Shown here: positions 49,919 to 62,080 of the stretch, piece by piece | Numbering within the stretch: position 1 is the stretch's first letter | Layout of the letters: every line of letters starts with the position of its first letter | Origin: Mobula birostris | Lineage: Eukaryota | DNA: 64,000 nt | Direction of reading: 5' to 3' | Assembly: GCF_030028105.1 (NCBI RefSeq) | Contig: NC_092382.1 | Span: forward strand, 99,278,699-99,342,698 | Position numbers and translations under genes: made by a program | The notes under the pieces: model-generated | Database searches by the model: none | Told to the model about the DNA's origin: nothing | What the model saw: the letters and a program-made list of their open reading frames with translations, nothing else

Positions 49919-52165
49919 GTAAGTGTCTCGTCTCTTTCTCATGACTACGTTGAAAGATATAAGTCAGCTTCTCTTTCATACCTGTACTCGAACGGCTAGC
50001 TAATTGCAAGACAGGTCTTTCCAACCAGGATCGCTTCAGCAAACATCGGCTGAGGGTATTTGATAAAGTACACCATGCAAATCTTATTGCGAAAGTAAGG
50101 AAGTATGTGATCCAATGGGACATTGCTATGTGGGTCCAGAACTGACTTACCCACAGAATGAAGAGTGTTGTTGCAGACTGTCGTGTTCTGCGTTGACCAG
50201 TGTTGTGCCTCAGCGATCTGTTCTGGCACAGGTACTCTTCCTTATTTTTACAAATGACCTGGGTAAGGAGGTGGAACGATGGGTTAGTAAATATGCTGAT
50301 GACCTAAAGTCGTGGGTGTTGTGGATAATGTTGAGGGCTGTGCGACCTTACAGAGGGACATTGATAGGATGCAAAACTGCGTTAAAAAGAGGCAGATGGA
50401 GTTCAACACATATAAGTGTGAGGTCGTTCTTTTCCGTAGGTCAAATACAATGGTAGAATATAGTATTAACGGAATTAAACAAATAATTAAGTCGCTCCAA
50501 CGTCTCACCTGTTAAATAGCATAAGGTCACGTGGGAATCATCATTGCGTTTATTTATCGCCGACACAAAGAGTGCAGAGGAAGCTGACATCATGCAGAGG
50601 GATATTAATATGTTCATCGAATGTACCAGCGTCTGGCAGATGGAGTGCAAGGTTGGTAAATGCGAGGTCATCTACTTGGGACGGGCAATTTTCAGCACAG
50701 CATGTTATTTCAGTGGTAAACGATAGCAGCATGTTGCTGTGCGGAGGGGCTTTGGAGCGCTTGTGCTTGTAGTTTGCCGGTGCAGCAGGCTATGAAGAAG
50801 GCAAATTAGTCTTTGTTGCCAGAGGGATTGAGTTTAAGAACAGGGAGGTTATGCTGCAAATGCGCAAGGTACTGGTGAGGCGACATTTGGAGTACTGTGC
50901 GCCTCTCGACTCCTGACTTGACGACGGATAAACTGGCTGTGCAGGCGGTTCACCAGTTGATTCCAGAGATGAGGTGGTCCGAGAATGAGGGGAAATTGAG
51001 TCGACTGGGATCGTGCACGCTGGAGCTCAGAAGAATGAGAGGAAATCTTCTAGAAACATATAAAGTCCTGGAAGGGATAGATAAGATAGCGTCAGGAAAG
51101 TTGTTTCCACTGGTAGGTGCGTCTAGAGCTACGGGACATAGCCTGAGGATTCTGGGGAGTAAATTTAGTACCGGGATGAGCAGGAACTTCTCCTCTCAGA
51201 GACTGGTGAATGTGTGGAATTCTCTGCTCAAGGAAGTAGTGGAGGCTACATCAATAAAGATATTTAAGACTGGCTGCCATAGCTTTTGCATTAGATGAAT
51301 TAAGGGCTGTGAGGAATAGTTAGGTAAGAGGCGATGAATGCATGGTTAGATCAGTGATGTTCATTTTCATTGCCGGAGCATGCCAGTCTGAACAGATGGT
51401 CTATTCCTGCTCCTATTACTAATGTTCTTATATTCTCATCTTCTCCCGTGTTTACAGATGGGGGGTGTTGAATTTCTGTCACCGTGATCACTGGTACATT
51501 AATCAGTTCGTTATTCTCTTAACACCTCCCGTCTGTACCTCCTTCTTCAGTTTCCAAAGTTCAGAGTGCATTCCAGCCATGCGTTGTTATCACTGCTTAG
51601 TCCATGAGGCTTGGGAGCTAAATTCGGTCATTCGAGCACCGAGCCTTCTCCCGCATTCTATCATAGCTGATTTATTATCCCTCTCAACCACACTCTGGCG
51701 CCCAGTCCCGTAGTCATCGGCGCCCCGTTGAATCAAGAGCCCATCACTGTCCTCTGCACATGATTCCAGTGAATTGGCCACCATATCTGTCTCTGGCGAT
51801 GAATTCCACACATTCAACAGCCTCTGGGTAAAGAATTTTTCCCCGTCTCTGTTCCAAGGTGAGCCCTTCTATTGTGAAACCTCGTCTTCAAGTGCAGACT
51901 CCCCCACTACAGAAACTACGCTCTCGATGTCCACGATATCTCGGCCTTTCAATGTTCGCTAGGTTTCAGTGAAATTCTCCTCATTATCCTGAACTACAGT
52001 AGCCATATTATAATCACCACCGATTTGTTAATGTCTCCCAATTCAATCCAATCCATTTGATTCCAATCCATCTATGCTCTCGGAAGTGTTGTCGATTAAA
52101 ATATTGTTTTCAGAGGATGTTTCCATCCAAATGTGTGTTAATGGTCTTTATTGTCCTCCGCACAG

Positions 52166-53082
52166 TGAACGCAGTAACAATTGTCATCCTGTCTCGGGGA
52201 AAGTGCGGTCTCTCCAAAGGCATCACAAGGTACCTGGTTGCCATGGTAGCAGCGGATCAGCTCGTCGTTCTCTTCGATCTGGTATTGAGCAAGATCACGA
52301 TGCCAATGAAGGTTTTCTTTTGGTCGCATCGCGTTCCCGTGTGTAATATCCACACCGTCGTGTTCTACGCCGCCACGGACTGTTCCGTCTGGTTCACCGT
52401 CACTTTCACCTTTGATCGGTTTGTCACCATTTGTCTTCAGAAGCTGAAACGAAAATACGGCACCGGGAGAGCGGCGGCTCTGGTTCTCTGGACAGTGACT
52501 GTGCTGACCTGCGTAATGAACATATTCTGGTACTTTATGCTCGACGGGACATATTCGATGTCATTTACTTCCTTGCTCTGTCTGAGTGGACGTGGTTTCT
52601 TTTCCCTATCTCAGGAGGCAACATTTGAACTGATTCATTATTTCCTCACACCAATATTCCCCTTTGTGTTGATTCTCCTGCTCAACAGTTTAACAATCAG
52701 ACATGTCTTACTAGCCAGCCGAGTCCGGAGGAGACTCCGTGGTTCGGGCGATGGCGAGACTCCCGCCGACCCAAAGATGAAGGACCGCAGGCAATCCCTC
52801 CTGTTACTGCTGGTGATGTCGGGGAATTTCATCCTGCTGTGGGTGCTGCTGACGGTGTATTCCGTATGGGATAGCTTGATTGATTACTTACACGTGATAC
52901 CCCCGAATTCTCTGCGGGAGCTGGGATACATGCTGCAAATTCTGAGCTGCTGCACCAACACGGCCCTTTACGTCGTGATCCAGGCCAGGTTCAGGCTGCA
53001 GCTGAAGGAGACTGTGAAATCGCCGTTTTGTCTCATGGCAAAGTTCACTCGGCCTTGTCAGGACAGCATTAATCCTCAGTGA
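52166..53082 (+). CDS. GPR139/GPR142-like GPCR copy 3, coding exon 2; spliced protein about 365 aa
   Basis: Acceptor CCGCACAG|TG at 52165/52166. Intact 7TM ORF with FDRF and SCCTNTALY; 3-aa deletion in ECL1 relative to copy 1. Confidence 0.92.
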
Positions 53083-55359
53083 CGCTTCTCTCCTACTTCC
53101 GCAAAATACCCCGTCTCTTCAGTGGCATGTGCAGTTCCAGTGGGGTTGTTGACAGCCCCGATACCTCCCGCCTCCCCTTGTCCATGCACGAGCACCATCG
53201 GTGACCTGTTTCCAATCTGCCTCCACTGTGCTCCTTCCAGTTTACTTTCTTCACGAGTTCCCTGTAATGCCTCCCCTCATTTCCACCAAGTGGTTGATTC
53301 CACCGTTATTTGCATGCGAAGCTTTGACATCACCAATGTAATACGACCGTTGTCCCCTGCCGGTATTCCGTGCGGTCCGAACGCCTGCCCAGGTACGCCC
53401 GATGTAGCTCAATAGCTTTCCTGTGCCGAGAGTTTTGGTTCCAGGAACCCCAGCCTTTGAACGGATCGGGGAGACTGGTTGGCGTGGAAAGTCTGCAAAT
53501 CTCCATTTGTTCCGGAGTTCTTTCGACATTCTCTGTCACCCAGGGAATATTTCAGTAACTCGCACTCGTAAAACCACTCGTCCAATCGTCGTTCGTACGT
53601 CTGAAGCACCAATTGCCATCGCAATGCCTTCTGAGAAATCAAATAAATTCTTGAACACTTGGTGCAGTGGCGGTCAATCTGTCGAATTGGATTGAGTACA
53701 TTGGTTATGTGGGGAAGGTGATTGTTGAGGAAAAGACACCGGGTGTCTATTTATTTATTGAGATTCGGCACCTGAGGCTCGACCGTTCAGAATGAACTAT
53801 ATGTCAGACTTTGCAGAAGGACCCTTAACGGGTAGGGTGATCCAGAAAACGAAGCTTCAGGGCACAGCATCCATTCAAATTTGGTCCGGAGATTGTGCAC
53901 AGAGGGTCGTGGTAGAGGGCAACCATTCTGCAGTCTGCATTTGACATGTGTTGGAGATTCTCTGGCGTTTGACTTGGATGAAAATGTAGGTGACATATAA
54001 ATACGCTTGCAGAGGACTCGAAACGTGATGGGGTTGTGGATGTTGAGGAAGCTTGGTAAGAGTGCGCGTGGGTTGTCAAATTAGCCCGAGAACTGACAAC
54101 TTTGTCAAACTAATACAAGAGTTCGGTCTCTACATTGCTTCGAAACGATAGAGGATTTGTGAAAAGGTTATATTTTTTACGAATATAGAGAAAAAGTAGA
54201 GAACACCAAGATTGCTGATGTTGAGGTATAAGTAAAATGTTCAGCGTGGTCGACTTGGACCGAAGCACCCGTTCGTGAACAGGTAATTCAGTAACCCCAC
54301 TGTTTGATACATTCATATGCAAACATAATAAAACAGAGATTCGTATGCCGCTAGAGGGCGGCAAAGAGCAATGCAGACATTTCAACATGGCAACCCAGGG
54401 ATCGCATTTTAAACATATCGCACAAAGAACAGACAATAGGCAGTAGTTAACAGAGAGTGGTTACGGGGTTTCTGTACATACATAACTGTCTCGAATGAAT
54501 GCAGAGAGACTGATTAATAATCTTGCAGACAACACACAAAGAAAATATATTTCCAGACATACGCAAAGTGCCGGAGAAATTAAAGTTAAGGCCGTGGTCA
54601 TTTCAAATGGTACCTTCACACAGAGAGTAGCAGGTGATTGGGATGCTCTTCCTGGACTGGTGGTGGAGGCACAATGATTTGTAACTTTTAAGACGGACTC
54701 CGATAGGCATGTGCACATGAGTAAAATTAATGGAAATATATGCTCATTGTGTAAGCTGAAACGATCAGTTAGCCACTTGGTTACTACAGTAACTGGTTCA
54801 ACACGACATTGTAGGGCTCAGGGTCTGTTCCTGTGTCTGTACTATTCCACGTTCTCGATTCTAAATTAAGGAATGAGCAAATGACAATTAGGAGCTAGAT
54901 TGGGAACGGCAAGGGGCCGTGTGTGTTCTCGGGATGAGGGGATGGATTACAAACTGACAGGTGGTAGGGAAAATAAGGTGACGGGAGTGGGCCGATGGGG
55001 ACGAAGTAAGATCCGGTGAGGAGATAGGTGGAAGAGGGAAGGGAACGGAGAAGAGGGAAGCTGAGGAGAGTTGACAATGGACGAAAGGGGAGATCGTGTT
55101 TCTCCAGCTGGAGAATAATGGTAAGTCAGATGAACAGAACAGACGAGAGGCCGAGTTGTTGGGCACCTTTAAAGCGGAGTTTGAAAGGCTTCTGATGATT
55201 GAGGCCGCCAAAGGTTACGGGAGAAGGTAGGAGAATGCCTTTTGGGGGGATCGTAAATCAGCCATGACGGAACGGTGGAGCAGACACCATTTTCGGTTGG
55301 AGATTAAAAATAGAGCGTGCACTATATTCTTTCATGATGTTGGAGGATCTCAACGTCTA

Positions 55360-55560
55360 TGGAAATGAATGAGCTGTCAATGTTTTCACCAAGACCTTTC
55401 TTCAGGACTCGAAAGGATGGGGGAAGACACATGAATTGAAAGTGTGTGTAGTGGAGGAGGAGGAGAAATATAGTAAGAATATGACAGGTGAAGCCCGTCG
55501 GTTGGGGGAGGAAAAGGGTGGGTGAGGAAGTAATCTGATAGGCCAGAGGAGGATCAGTGA
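55360..55560 (-). mobile_element. Penelope-like terminal repeat fragment with degenerate hammerhead core
   Basis: Reverse complement is a pyrimidine-rich tract followed by CTGAAGA-AAGGTCTTGGT-GAAAAC, the same motif type as 13625-13732. Confidence 0.5.
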
Positions 55561-57839
55561 GAGAGACTCTCAATGAACTCCTTTTGAAATGAGGATTTAA
55601 ATTTCTTCAAGGTCGGTGTGCCCCGTGAAAACTTTGCAATGCAGCAGCAAATCATAAACACATGAGCTCTACTGATGTTGGAAGGTTGAATTAACACACA
55701 CAAAATGCTGGAGAAACTCAGCTGAACAGGCAGCATATATGCGATTTTCTTTCATGGATGCAATGGGACAACGGCCGAATTTTGCTCCTGCGGACCGCCG
55801 TTCTGGAGAAAATAGTCCAGCTGTGTCCAGCTCTCCTCAAATGAAGGCTAACACGTCTTTCACCTACATAACCACCTACCCCTTGATCAAATCGCGCAAG
55901 GAATTGGATGGCCCACCAAACTGTCCTGACATTCAGATCATCAGACCATGAGATATTGGAGCAGAATTATGCCAATTTGGCACATCGAGTCTGCTCTGTA
56001 GTTTATCACGGCTGATCCAATTTTCCTCTCAGCCCAAATCTCCTGCTTTGTCCCATAACTCTTCTTACCCTGGCCTATCAAGAAACGATCAGCCTCTGCC
56101 CTGATTATACCCGACGGCTTGTTCTGCACAACTGCCTGCAGAAGCTGAGACAGACATGTGCCTGTGAAGAAAATGGAAGGACACTCTCATTCTTCAAGCA
56201 AAAAGGATTCGTTAGGGGATAGATAGAAAACTGACCGTTGGTAGGTCAAATTTAAGCCTTCTTCACCACAAAGTCAACCTGCACAGCAGTTTTGAGCGTC
56301 CTTGGACTCGGACTGCAAGCAGAGGTTCTCGATAATTATTCAGAAAGCTATTCCATGTCAGCAATAGAAAAGTAGCGTACAGTCCGCCAGGCTTGCTCAG
56401 ACACGGATTTCAGGAGAGTCGCTTTGAGATCATGTTGCAGTTCTTTGAGCCGTTGATGAGGGCGCACTCGTAAAACTGAGTACTATATTTGGTCACCATG
56501 CAAAGGTGCGGTTGGTCAGGAATAAGTGGAGAAAAGATTGACGGACATGCACCCTGCACAAGAAGGCTTGAGGTATGGAGACTGGTAGACCATGTCGGGT
56601 CTTTGTTACTTTGAACTTAATAGAATGAGGGACGGACTTGCAGAACTTTCTTTTAAAGTTGCACAGACGTAGACATGGTGGATGATAAGAGTCTTTCGCG
56701 ATCCAAGATAGGGGAATCTAAATCTTGTGGCCATGCATTCAGGTGATGGAGGAGGGCAGATTAAAGGAAAATTTCTCAAGAATATCGTGTTACGGGAACG
56801 AGTTGAAACACCAAGAGGCAAAAGCAGGTAAAATATGATCGAGAGATAGGAGAGAGGGAGTTTCAGTTGCGAACAGAAGGGCAAATATGTAACGTAGATG
56901 GAGTTCAGAGTAAGTGTAAACATACCAGTGAGAGTGGTTGAGAAAGAGACGATAGTATCAGTTAAGAAACAAATGTGGAGGTACTTGGAGGGGGTGGGAA
57001 TCAGAGCAATATGACCTCGGCATTCATTGGTTGATCCGACGGGCTGTATACGTGCTCCGTGACTACGACTGCATTAATTGGAGTTTCTCAGCATTTGTTG
57101 GCAAGCGAAACCAATTTTAGGAGGTGAAGGGAAGTAAAATAAATGTCGACAAACGAGAGAAGAGACAAGTATCCAATCAGGCTCTGCGATGGATACAATG
57201 GATAAAACAGAGGCTGATTGTCAGGACACAAGGAGAAGAAATAAAAGGAGGCTTTCCTGGTTGGCTGCTGGTGGCTAGTGGTTTTGCACACCGTCCCACC
57301 GCAGAAAATCCAAGACCAATAGGCTCCGGGACAAGATCTTCCACCAGGCCCTCAGTCCGATAAGTTCACGCTCATATGACTGCATTCTAAGTTACAAAAT
57401 TATTATAAATGACTATGATTACACATTTCTCATTTAGATGGAGTCGTAAAGATTTTTCGTCCTCAAGTATGTGAACTATGTGAGAAATAAAGTCAGTTCA
57501 ACTGAGCGTCGTGAACTGAATGGTCATACATTTTGGTAGAACTAATAAGTATGTAGACTATGTTATAGATCAGGAAAAAAAGGCAGAAGTCAGAGCTGCT
57601 ATGGGACTTGAGAGTCCTCATGCAGTATTTCCTAAACTGGCACAGTCTTGGTGAATGGAGCAATGATGGTGTGGCTATTGAAGAGATTTGGATGGTTCAG
57701 GGGCAGGAATGGCGACTTCAAGTGCCAGGCTTTAGCTGATTCAGAAAGGACGGGGATGGGGGCAAAGGTGGGTGCAGGAAAAGCAGCAAGACGTCAACGG
57801 AGTCTCTGTGAGAGAAAGTTAGGAATAGGAAGGGGTCAG

Positions 57840-58800
57840 TGACTCTACTGTGTGCTTTTACAGAGCAGCCGATAGCAACAGGGACATCTGGGAGCTGATA
57901 GCGAAACAGATTCGGCAAAGGTGTAATTATAACAGGGTTGCTGTGGTGGGAGATTTTAATTATTCAATTATTCTTTTGCATCTTCCTGGAGTAACGGATT
58001 TAGTTGGGGCGGAGTTGGTTAAGTGTTTTTAGGAAGGTTTCTTGACACAATATGTAGATGAGCGTACAAGTGCAGAAGCTGTACCTGATCTGTTATTGGG
58101 AAAATAGCCTGGTCAGGTGCCTTGTTTCTCAATGAGGGAACATTTTTGGGACAGTGATCACAATTCTATCTCCTTCACCACAACATTGGAGATGGATAGG
58201 ATAGACAAGTTAGGGAAGCGTTTGCTTGGAGTAAGGGGAAATATAAGGCCATCAGGCATAAATTGGAAACAGATGTTCTCAAGGAAACATCCGGAGGAAA
58301 TGTGGCAAATGTTCAGGGGATATTTACATGGAGTTCTGCAGGGAAAGGATTGCAGGTGTGCAAAGGCTGTTGTAAATCTAATCAAGAAGAATAGAATAGC
58401 TTACTAAAGGTTCAAAAAAACGATGTAATGATAGAGATATAGAAGATTGTATGGCAAACAGGAAGGAGCTTAATAATGAAATGAAGGGAGAGAGAAGGGG
58501 CCATGAATCGTCCTTGGCGGACAGGATAAAGGAAAACCCCAAAGGCATTATACAAGTATATGAAGAGCAAAAGGCTGAGGCGTGACAGAATAGGACCAAT
58601 CAAGTGTGACAGTGGAAAAATACGTATGCAACGGGAGGAGAGAGCATAGTTATCCAATGAATACTTTGCTTCAGTATTCGCTACGGAAAAGGATCTTGGC
58701 GATTGCAGGGATAACTTGCAGTGGACTGAAAAGCGTGAGACTGGTGATATGAAGGAAGAGGATGTGCTGGAGCTTTTGGAAAGCATCAAGTTGGATAAGA
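57840..58800 (+). mobile_element. CR1 endonuclease-linker fragment
   Basis: VAVVGDFNY, EHFWDSDHNSISF and IGPIKCDSG; abuts the inverted GPCR relic. Confidence 0.7.
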
Positions 58801-58804
58801 CAAC

Positions 58805-59483
58805 TTTGCTCAGCAGTCTCCTTCCCACATACCCAATGTACTCAAACCAATTCGACAGATAGGACCACCGCTACTCAAAGTGTCCAAGAATGGCTTTAAT
58901 TTCCCAGAAGGCATTGCGATGGCAATGGCCGCTTGGCACGGACGGACGGCGATTGAATGAGTGGTTTGCCGAGTGTAAGTTACTGAATTTTTCTCGAGGT
59001 GGCAGTCAGATCGCCAAAGAACTCCGATGCAAGTGCAGACTTACAGTTTGTGCACGATAACCAACATTGCTGAATTGTTCTAAGGAACCAATAGGGGTCG
59101 CCAGAGGAAGGAGATGCAGTTACACTGGGCGGACGAAGTAGCGGCAGCGCACATAGGTCGTTTTGCGATGCTGATGTCTAAGCTTCGCATGCAAATAACA
59201 GTAGACTCACCCACTTGGTGGAACTGAGGGAGACAGTCCAGAGAACACGTGAAGATACTAAACTGGAAGAAGCAGAGTGGAGGCCGTTTGGAGCCTCCTC
59301 CCCGATCGGGTTGGTGCATGGAGGGGTGGAGGGCGGGAGCTAATCAGAGACATCCACAGTCCCAGTAGAACTGCACATGCCAGAGACAAATGAGATATGT
59401 TTCGGCGGTATGGGAGAAGCTTCACGGAGGATTAATGCTCTCCTGACAACGCCGAGTGAACTTTGCCATGAGACTGAAGGGCG
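58805..59483 (-). pseudogene. Inverted 3'-terminal relic of a fourth GPCR copy (last about 19 codons plus about 620 bp of 3' flank)
   Basis: Reverse complement reads PFSLMAKFTRRCQESINPP* (TGA at 59424-59422), matching the copy 3 C-terminus PFCLMAKFTRPCQDSINPQ*. It then continues colinearly with the copy 3 flank (about 53083-53730). Confidence 0.85.
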
Positions 59484-60946
59484 TGCAAAAGTTGACCACT
59501 ATAGTTTCCTGTTAATCCTCACTCCCACTAACTTGAACGGATGGCCACGAGACTTAGGCTCTCTTATATAGAAAGTCTCTTATCATACACCTCTTCCATG
59601 TCTGTCAAAATTTAAAAGTTCGTTCTTCATTCTGTTTTGTTCCAAGTAAGAAAGACCGGGCCCTGGCCTAACGTCTCCATACTTCAAGCCCTCTAGTGCT
59701 GGATACCTGCCCTTCAATCTTTCCTACCCTTGTTTCAACCCAACCGCACGTTGGCAGAGTGACCAAATACTGTACTCAGTATTCCAAGTACGGCTTCATC
59801 AACGTTTTATAGAACTGCAACATGATTTACCAGCTTCTATTCTGAAATCCCTGTCCGAGCAAGACCATGTGTGCTGTACGCTACTTTTCGATCGCTGACA
59901 TGTAATCGCGTTCTGTATAATTGAGGAAAACTTCTGCTTATTAGAGTCAAAGAATCCTGAGACATGGATACTGACCCTTCGGCCCGACATGTTCATGCTG
60001 GCCAGTGTGCCCTCCCGAATTTTGGCTATTTTCCGCTCCGGCCGTTCCCCCTAATCCGCCCATTTGTTTCACAGATGACAATTTTGTACCTAGCTCATTC
60101 AACTCGTTTCCACTACCCTCTGCTTGAAAAGCTTCCCATTCTCAACCTTAGCACGTATCCACACTGTTTGGACTCCCTGTTCCACGATCGAAAAGAACTT
60201 CATCATCCAGATGATCAAAGCATGTTACAATACTTTAAAAAAGCTTATTTTTAATAAGAGATTATTTTTTAAGTAAAGACCCTACCAACTCTTCCGCATG
60301 GCTCAAAGCTCTCTCATGCTGTCAAATTAATCGTGAGTATTTTCTGTTCTCTTTCAATTTTAACCTCACCTTCGCTATGACAGAGCAAAGTAAAAGGTAT
60401 ACTGTATCCCAAGTGAGGCCCGATCAAAGACATTGACCTATGTGGAATAATATCCAATCTACTATACAATGCCCTGACTGGGATGACAATCGCCCTGAAC
60501 GTGTTTTTTTCCGCCAACCAGCCATCTCTGACGCCGCTTTCAGTGATCTATAGACCTGATTCCCCAATGACCAATAGTGGTCATCACATTAGCCAAGGTT
60601 ATGCTAACTATACTGCAGCAGACAGCATCCCTGCCTGCAGTATACATTTCCGGTATTTTTTTCACATGCGCCCCCAATAGAATTCCTGACGCGTTTTCTG
60701 TACAACCTCAGCTGCAGCATTTTCTGTAAACTCCAGTGATTGCTCTGCGTGAAAATCCCAGGAGTTCAGCAGATTATGAGAATGGCAATTTACTCCATCT
60801 GCCACCAGCAATCATTCCACGGCCAGATTCACTTAGAACACACTTCTTCCGCAACACAATAAACTCGACTTTGACTTTGAATTTTGACGGTTGACCGAAC
60901 TGCAATTCCACGTTCCACCGACAGGTGCTCCCTGTCGTCGTCAGCG

Positions 60947-60984
60947 GGTTGTTGTTGGGCGCCCCCTCTCTCTCAGCCACTGTG
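60947..60984 (-). other. V(D)J recombination signal sequence (23-type) of the TRBV segment
   Basis: Perfect heptamer CACAGTG (60984-60978) directly after CAWSL, a 22-nt spacer, and nonamer ACAACAACC (8/9 match to ACAAAAACC). Confidence 0.85.
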
Positions 60985-61282
60985 CAGACTCCACGCGCAG
61001 AAATATACGGCCGAGTTGTTCGGTTCTATGTTCGAGTTGCTCAGAATGAATGTCTTTCCGTCTGGTCTATGGGCGGTAAAACCGTCCACAGGTTCTTCGG
61101 AACTCACAGCCTTTGCAACGCTGGAATAGAACAAGTTTTCCAGCCCCACCCGGGAAACTGTCTGTACCAGTACATGTACGGGTTATCACTACTGTTCTTC
61201 ACGGTGCACGTCAACGTCACTTCCCCTCCGGGGGATCGCGAGAGCACCGCCGGGACTTGATCGATGGTCTGCGAGCTGACCT
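60985..61282 (-). pseudogene. TRBV: T-cell receptor beta V exon, TRBV30-like, with a 1-nt frameshift near 61144-61154
   Basis: Acceptor TCTTTCTCAG|AG. Reads VSSQTIDQVPAVLSRSPGGEVTLTCTVKNSSDNPYMYWYRQFPG-[frameshift]-GLENLFYSSVAKAVSSEEPVDGFTAHRPDGKTFILSNSNIEPNNSAVYFCAWSL. Has the V-domain Cys, Trp and YFC, ends CAWS, and abuts an RSS. Confidence 0.9.
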
Positions 61283-61609
61283 CTGAGAAAGAGATGGGGA
61301 GAGGTTGATTGATAGTAATGAGCAGAGAAATTCTGGAGGGGTCCCCGCAGGAATGGAGTTGTGATGGGGACAGTGAAGTAAAAGAGAGAAGAATGAAGGA
61401 AAATGGAAGATAAATTAGCAAGATCGGAGGAGGTTACGACTTAAATTATTTTTTTTCTTGGAAGAAGTTAGAGATCCTGCACCTCCCAATTACACAAATA
61501 CAACTAACTAACCTTCTAATCCGTCCATATTTCACAACCGAAATAAAACGAAGCAGTCGCAATTGTGTCGCCAGGATTCTGGCGCCAAAATGGCATGTCT
61601 ACAAGTCAG

Positions 61610-61730
61610 TAATTCTAATGTGAGAGGAAAACAGAGCAACTGATGAAACCCTAGGTACAAACTCCTTAGAGGCGTGAATTGAACGCGGGTCGCAGACACC
61701 GGAACAACGTTACGCTGATCGTTATGGTAC
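61610..61730 (-). mobile_element. tRNA-derived V-SINE/HE1-like SINE in the TRBV leader intron
   Basis: B-box-like GCGACCCGCGTTCAATTC, then AAGGAGTTTGTAC and a degenerate GGGTTTC...TTTCCTCTCACATT core. Confidence 0.55.
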
Positions 61731-61943
61731 AGAGGACGGAGAATTAAAATCAAGAGATGTTTCTTCGAAGGTGGAAAGGGAGTGTGAAATGGAAGACAAT
61801 ACGGATTCCGGAACAAATGGCACGGGGAAACGTTATCTGCGGAAGGAGACAGAGGAAATTATTTACGCGAAAGAAATAAAGATTTTAAAAAAACGACAAA
61901 CAATCGATTAGCGGTGGAAATTATTGCGAGGACTGATTCTTAC

Positions 61944-61980
61944 GTTGCAGCCACATCAGGAGACTGATTAACAGGAACAT
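61944..61980 (-). pseudogene. TRBV: Leader (signal peptide) exon of the TRBV segment
   Basis: ATG TTC CTG TTA ATC AGT CTC CTG ATG TGG CTG CAA C|GTAAG encodes MFLLISLLMWLQ. The phase-1 intron (61943-61283) joins to give MFLLISLLMWLQQVSS/QTIDQ. Confidence 0.75.
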
Positions 61981-62080
61981 CCTTCAGCCGAATCCTCTCT
62001 AAACAGTGAGCAGAGAGTCGGGGTTTACGTGGAAACGCGAGATCCTCGCCTTCTGATGGGCAGTCATTCTCCGTCCTCTC

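Noticed and set aside
60925-61260. 111-aa + strand ORF
   Set aside because: Antisense shadow of the TRBV exon.
61283-61421. ORF-track N-terminus MLIYLPFSF... for the V segment
   Set aside because: It reads through the intron. A better leader exon with a GTAAG donor exists at 61980-61944.
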